Source: Takakia lepidozioides (taxonomy: Eukaryota; Plantae; Bryophyta). Taken from it: a DNA stretch of 64,000 nt. Below, one piece after another: positions 62,990-64,000 of this stretch (position 1 is its first letter; each line of letters opens with the position of its first letter). The stretch is from NCBI GenBank assembly GCA_030704615.1, contig CM060732.1, forward strand, positions 51,522,001 to 51,586,000, given 5' to 3'. A program made the translations under genes and the position numbers. Under the pieces are notes generated by a model. It did no database searches. It worked only from the letters and a program-made list of their open reading frames with translations, and was not told where the DNA came from.

Positions 62990-64000
62990 ATGGCAGGTGA
63001 AGGGCATTGGATGAGGACAGCAGATCCGGCAATGGAGGATGTTGATGCACATGCAGTAGGGCCCGCCCTCGCAAAGAAGAAGAAGAAAGCCAAGCACATG
63101 CAATCCCCAGCGAGAGAGCCGTCACGGGCTGTGGAGGGGGGAGTGAGCAGGGCGCGCGAGGGTGTCAGTTCGCCTCAATCAAAAGTGGTCATCCTGGAGG
63201 GCTCCCCTGCTGTTACCCCTAGTAAGAAACAGAAAGCCCGTGAGAGGGCAAAAGAGAGGGCAAAAGAACAGGCGAGACAGAAGGCTAGCCAGGAGGAAAG
63301 AGAAAAGGCCACTAAAGAGGCTAGGGGTGTCGAAATGACATATGCCCATGTAAGCGAGGGACGCACAGAGACGGTGGATCCCTCCAAGACACCACAAAGA
63401 GGCAGTAACACACCGGTTACACCATTGCGGGCAGGAGCAGCCCCCACAATTACCCATACGGTGGAGACTGGAGGAGGGGAAAGAACACCACAAAGAGCAC
63501 GGATTGTGCAAGTTCGAGGTGAAGCCGGGGAGAGGGCAGTAGAGAGGGGGAGAGTGCTCGAGGTGGTTCCGGTGGTGGTTGACCATGTTGAGGACGACGA
63601 GAGGGAGCTTTCAGACCAGGATGACATCCTTCCGGACATCCCTAGGCCCCAAACCCGGAGCATACATGCTGGATTTGGCGGTCCGGGTGGGCTGCCGGAG
63701 AACCCCCCTGCAACAGACGTCATGTCAGAGGCGGATATGAAGTTGGCTGCTGCCAAGATGTTGGAGGCAACCCACAGCAACATTGGCAGGGTCCTAGGGG
63801 GCATGGTGTACCCGGCCAAGCTTCGGATTCCCCTTTGCCGCTTGGTTTCATTGCAGGTGGTCACACCTGCCCTCCCAGGCGATATCGACAAGTTGAAATT
63901 CTCTTTCCGGGAGGGATATCGAATGGGGTCTGCCGCGTTTTATGTTTCCATGGAGAACGACCACGGAGCTTCTCGTGCCCACACTTCCGATGAGGTGGAC
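62990..64000 (+). CDS. Second ParB/Srx-like gene (diverged paralogue), runs off the window end
   Basis: Frame open 62948-64000 (absent from the ORF track because it has no stop); KKKKKAK NLS-like run; KMLEATHSNIGRVLG...LRIPLCRLVSL...ALPGDIDKLKFSFREGYRMGSAAFYVS aligns with 26285-26560. Confidence 0.8.
   Translation, partial: MAGEGHWMRTADPAMEDVDAHAVGPALAKKKKKAKHMQSPAREPSRAVEGGVSRAREGVSSPQSKVVILEGSPAVTPSKKQKARERAKERAKEQARQKASQEEREKATKEARGVEMTYAHVSEGRTETVDPSKTPQRGSNTPVTPLRAGAAPTITHTVETGGGERTPQRARIVQVRGEAGERAVERGRVLEVVPVVVDHVEDDERELSDQDDILPDIPRPQTRSIHAGFGGPGGLPENPPATDVMSEADMKLAAAKMLEATHSNIGRVLGGMVYPAKLRIPLCRLVSLQVVTPALPGDIDKLKFSFREGYRMGSAAFYVSMENDHGASRAHTSDEVD

Noticed and set aside
63175-63891. 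238-aa minus-strand ORF
   Set aside because: Antisense shadow of the plus-strand ParB-like ORF, which has the homology support.

Overview
Eukaryotic, land-plant-like nuclear DNA (probably a non-seed plant, judging by the PLS-PPR and Tcn1-like chromovirus), almost entirely nested transposable elements. Frequent 1-bp indels break most ORFs and may be read or assembly errors. (1) Several copies of one non-chromovirus Ty3/Gypsy LTR family (~0.9-1 kb LTRs containing CACAG tandem repeats, tRNA-Arg-like PBS, a 5' extra ORF starting inside the LTR, gag-pol, and a long 3' extra coding region). Two copies have matching 5-bp TSDs (11775-21425 +, 49135-62201 -). (2) A complete ~12.5-kb Mutator-like DNA transposon (8771-30902; 9-bp TSD ATCCGTCAC, imperfect 21-bp TIRs), split by one of the retroelements. 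It carries a DDE-SWIM transposase, about 30 copies of a 22-bp palindrome at ~53-bp spacing, a divergently oriented intron-containing gene with a ParB/Srx-like (DGNHR) domain, and a head-to-head pair of unknown paralogous ORFs. (3) The 3' part of a chromovirus, a CDC20 exon fragment and a PPR-E-DYW pseudogene. (4) A second, diverged ParB-like ORF at the window end, with a variant palindrome array (same GGAAAT-N10-ATTTCC core, same 53-bp period) about 1.1 kb upstream once the intervening retroelement is removed. The ParB-like protein plus parS-like phased palindrome array inside a plant MULE is the candidate novel system.
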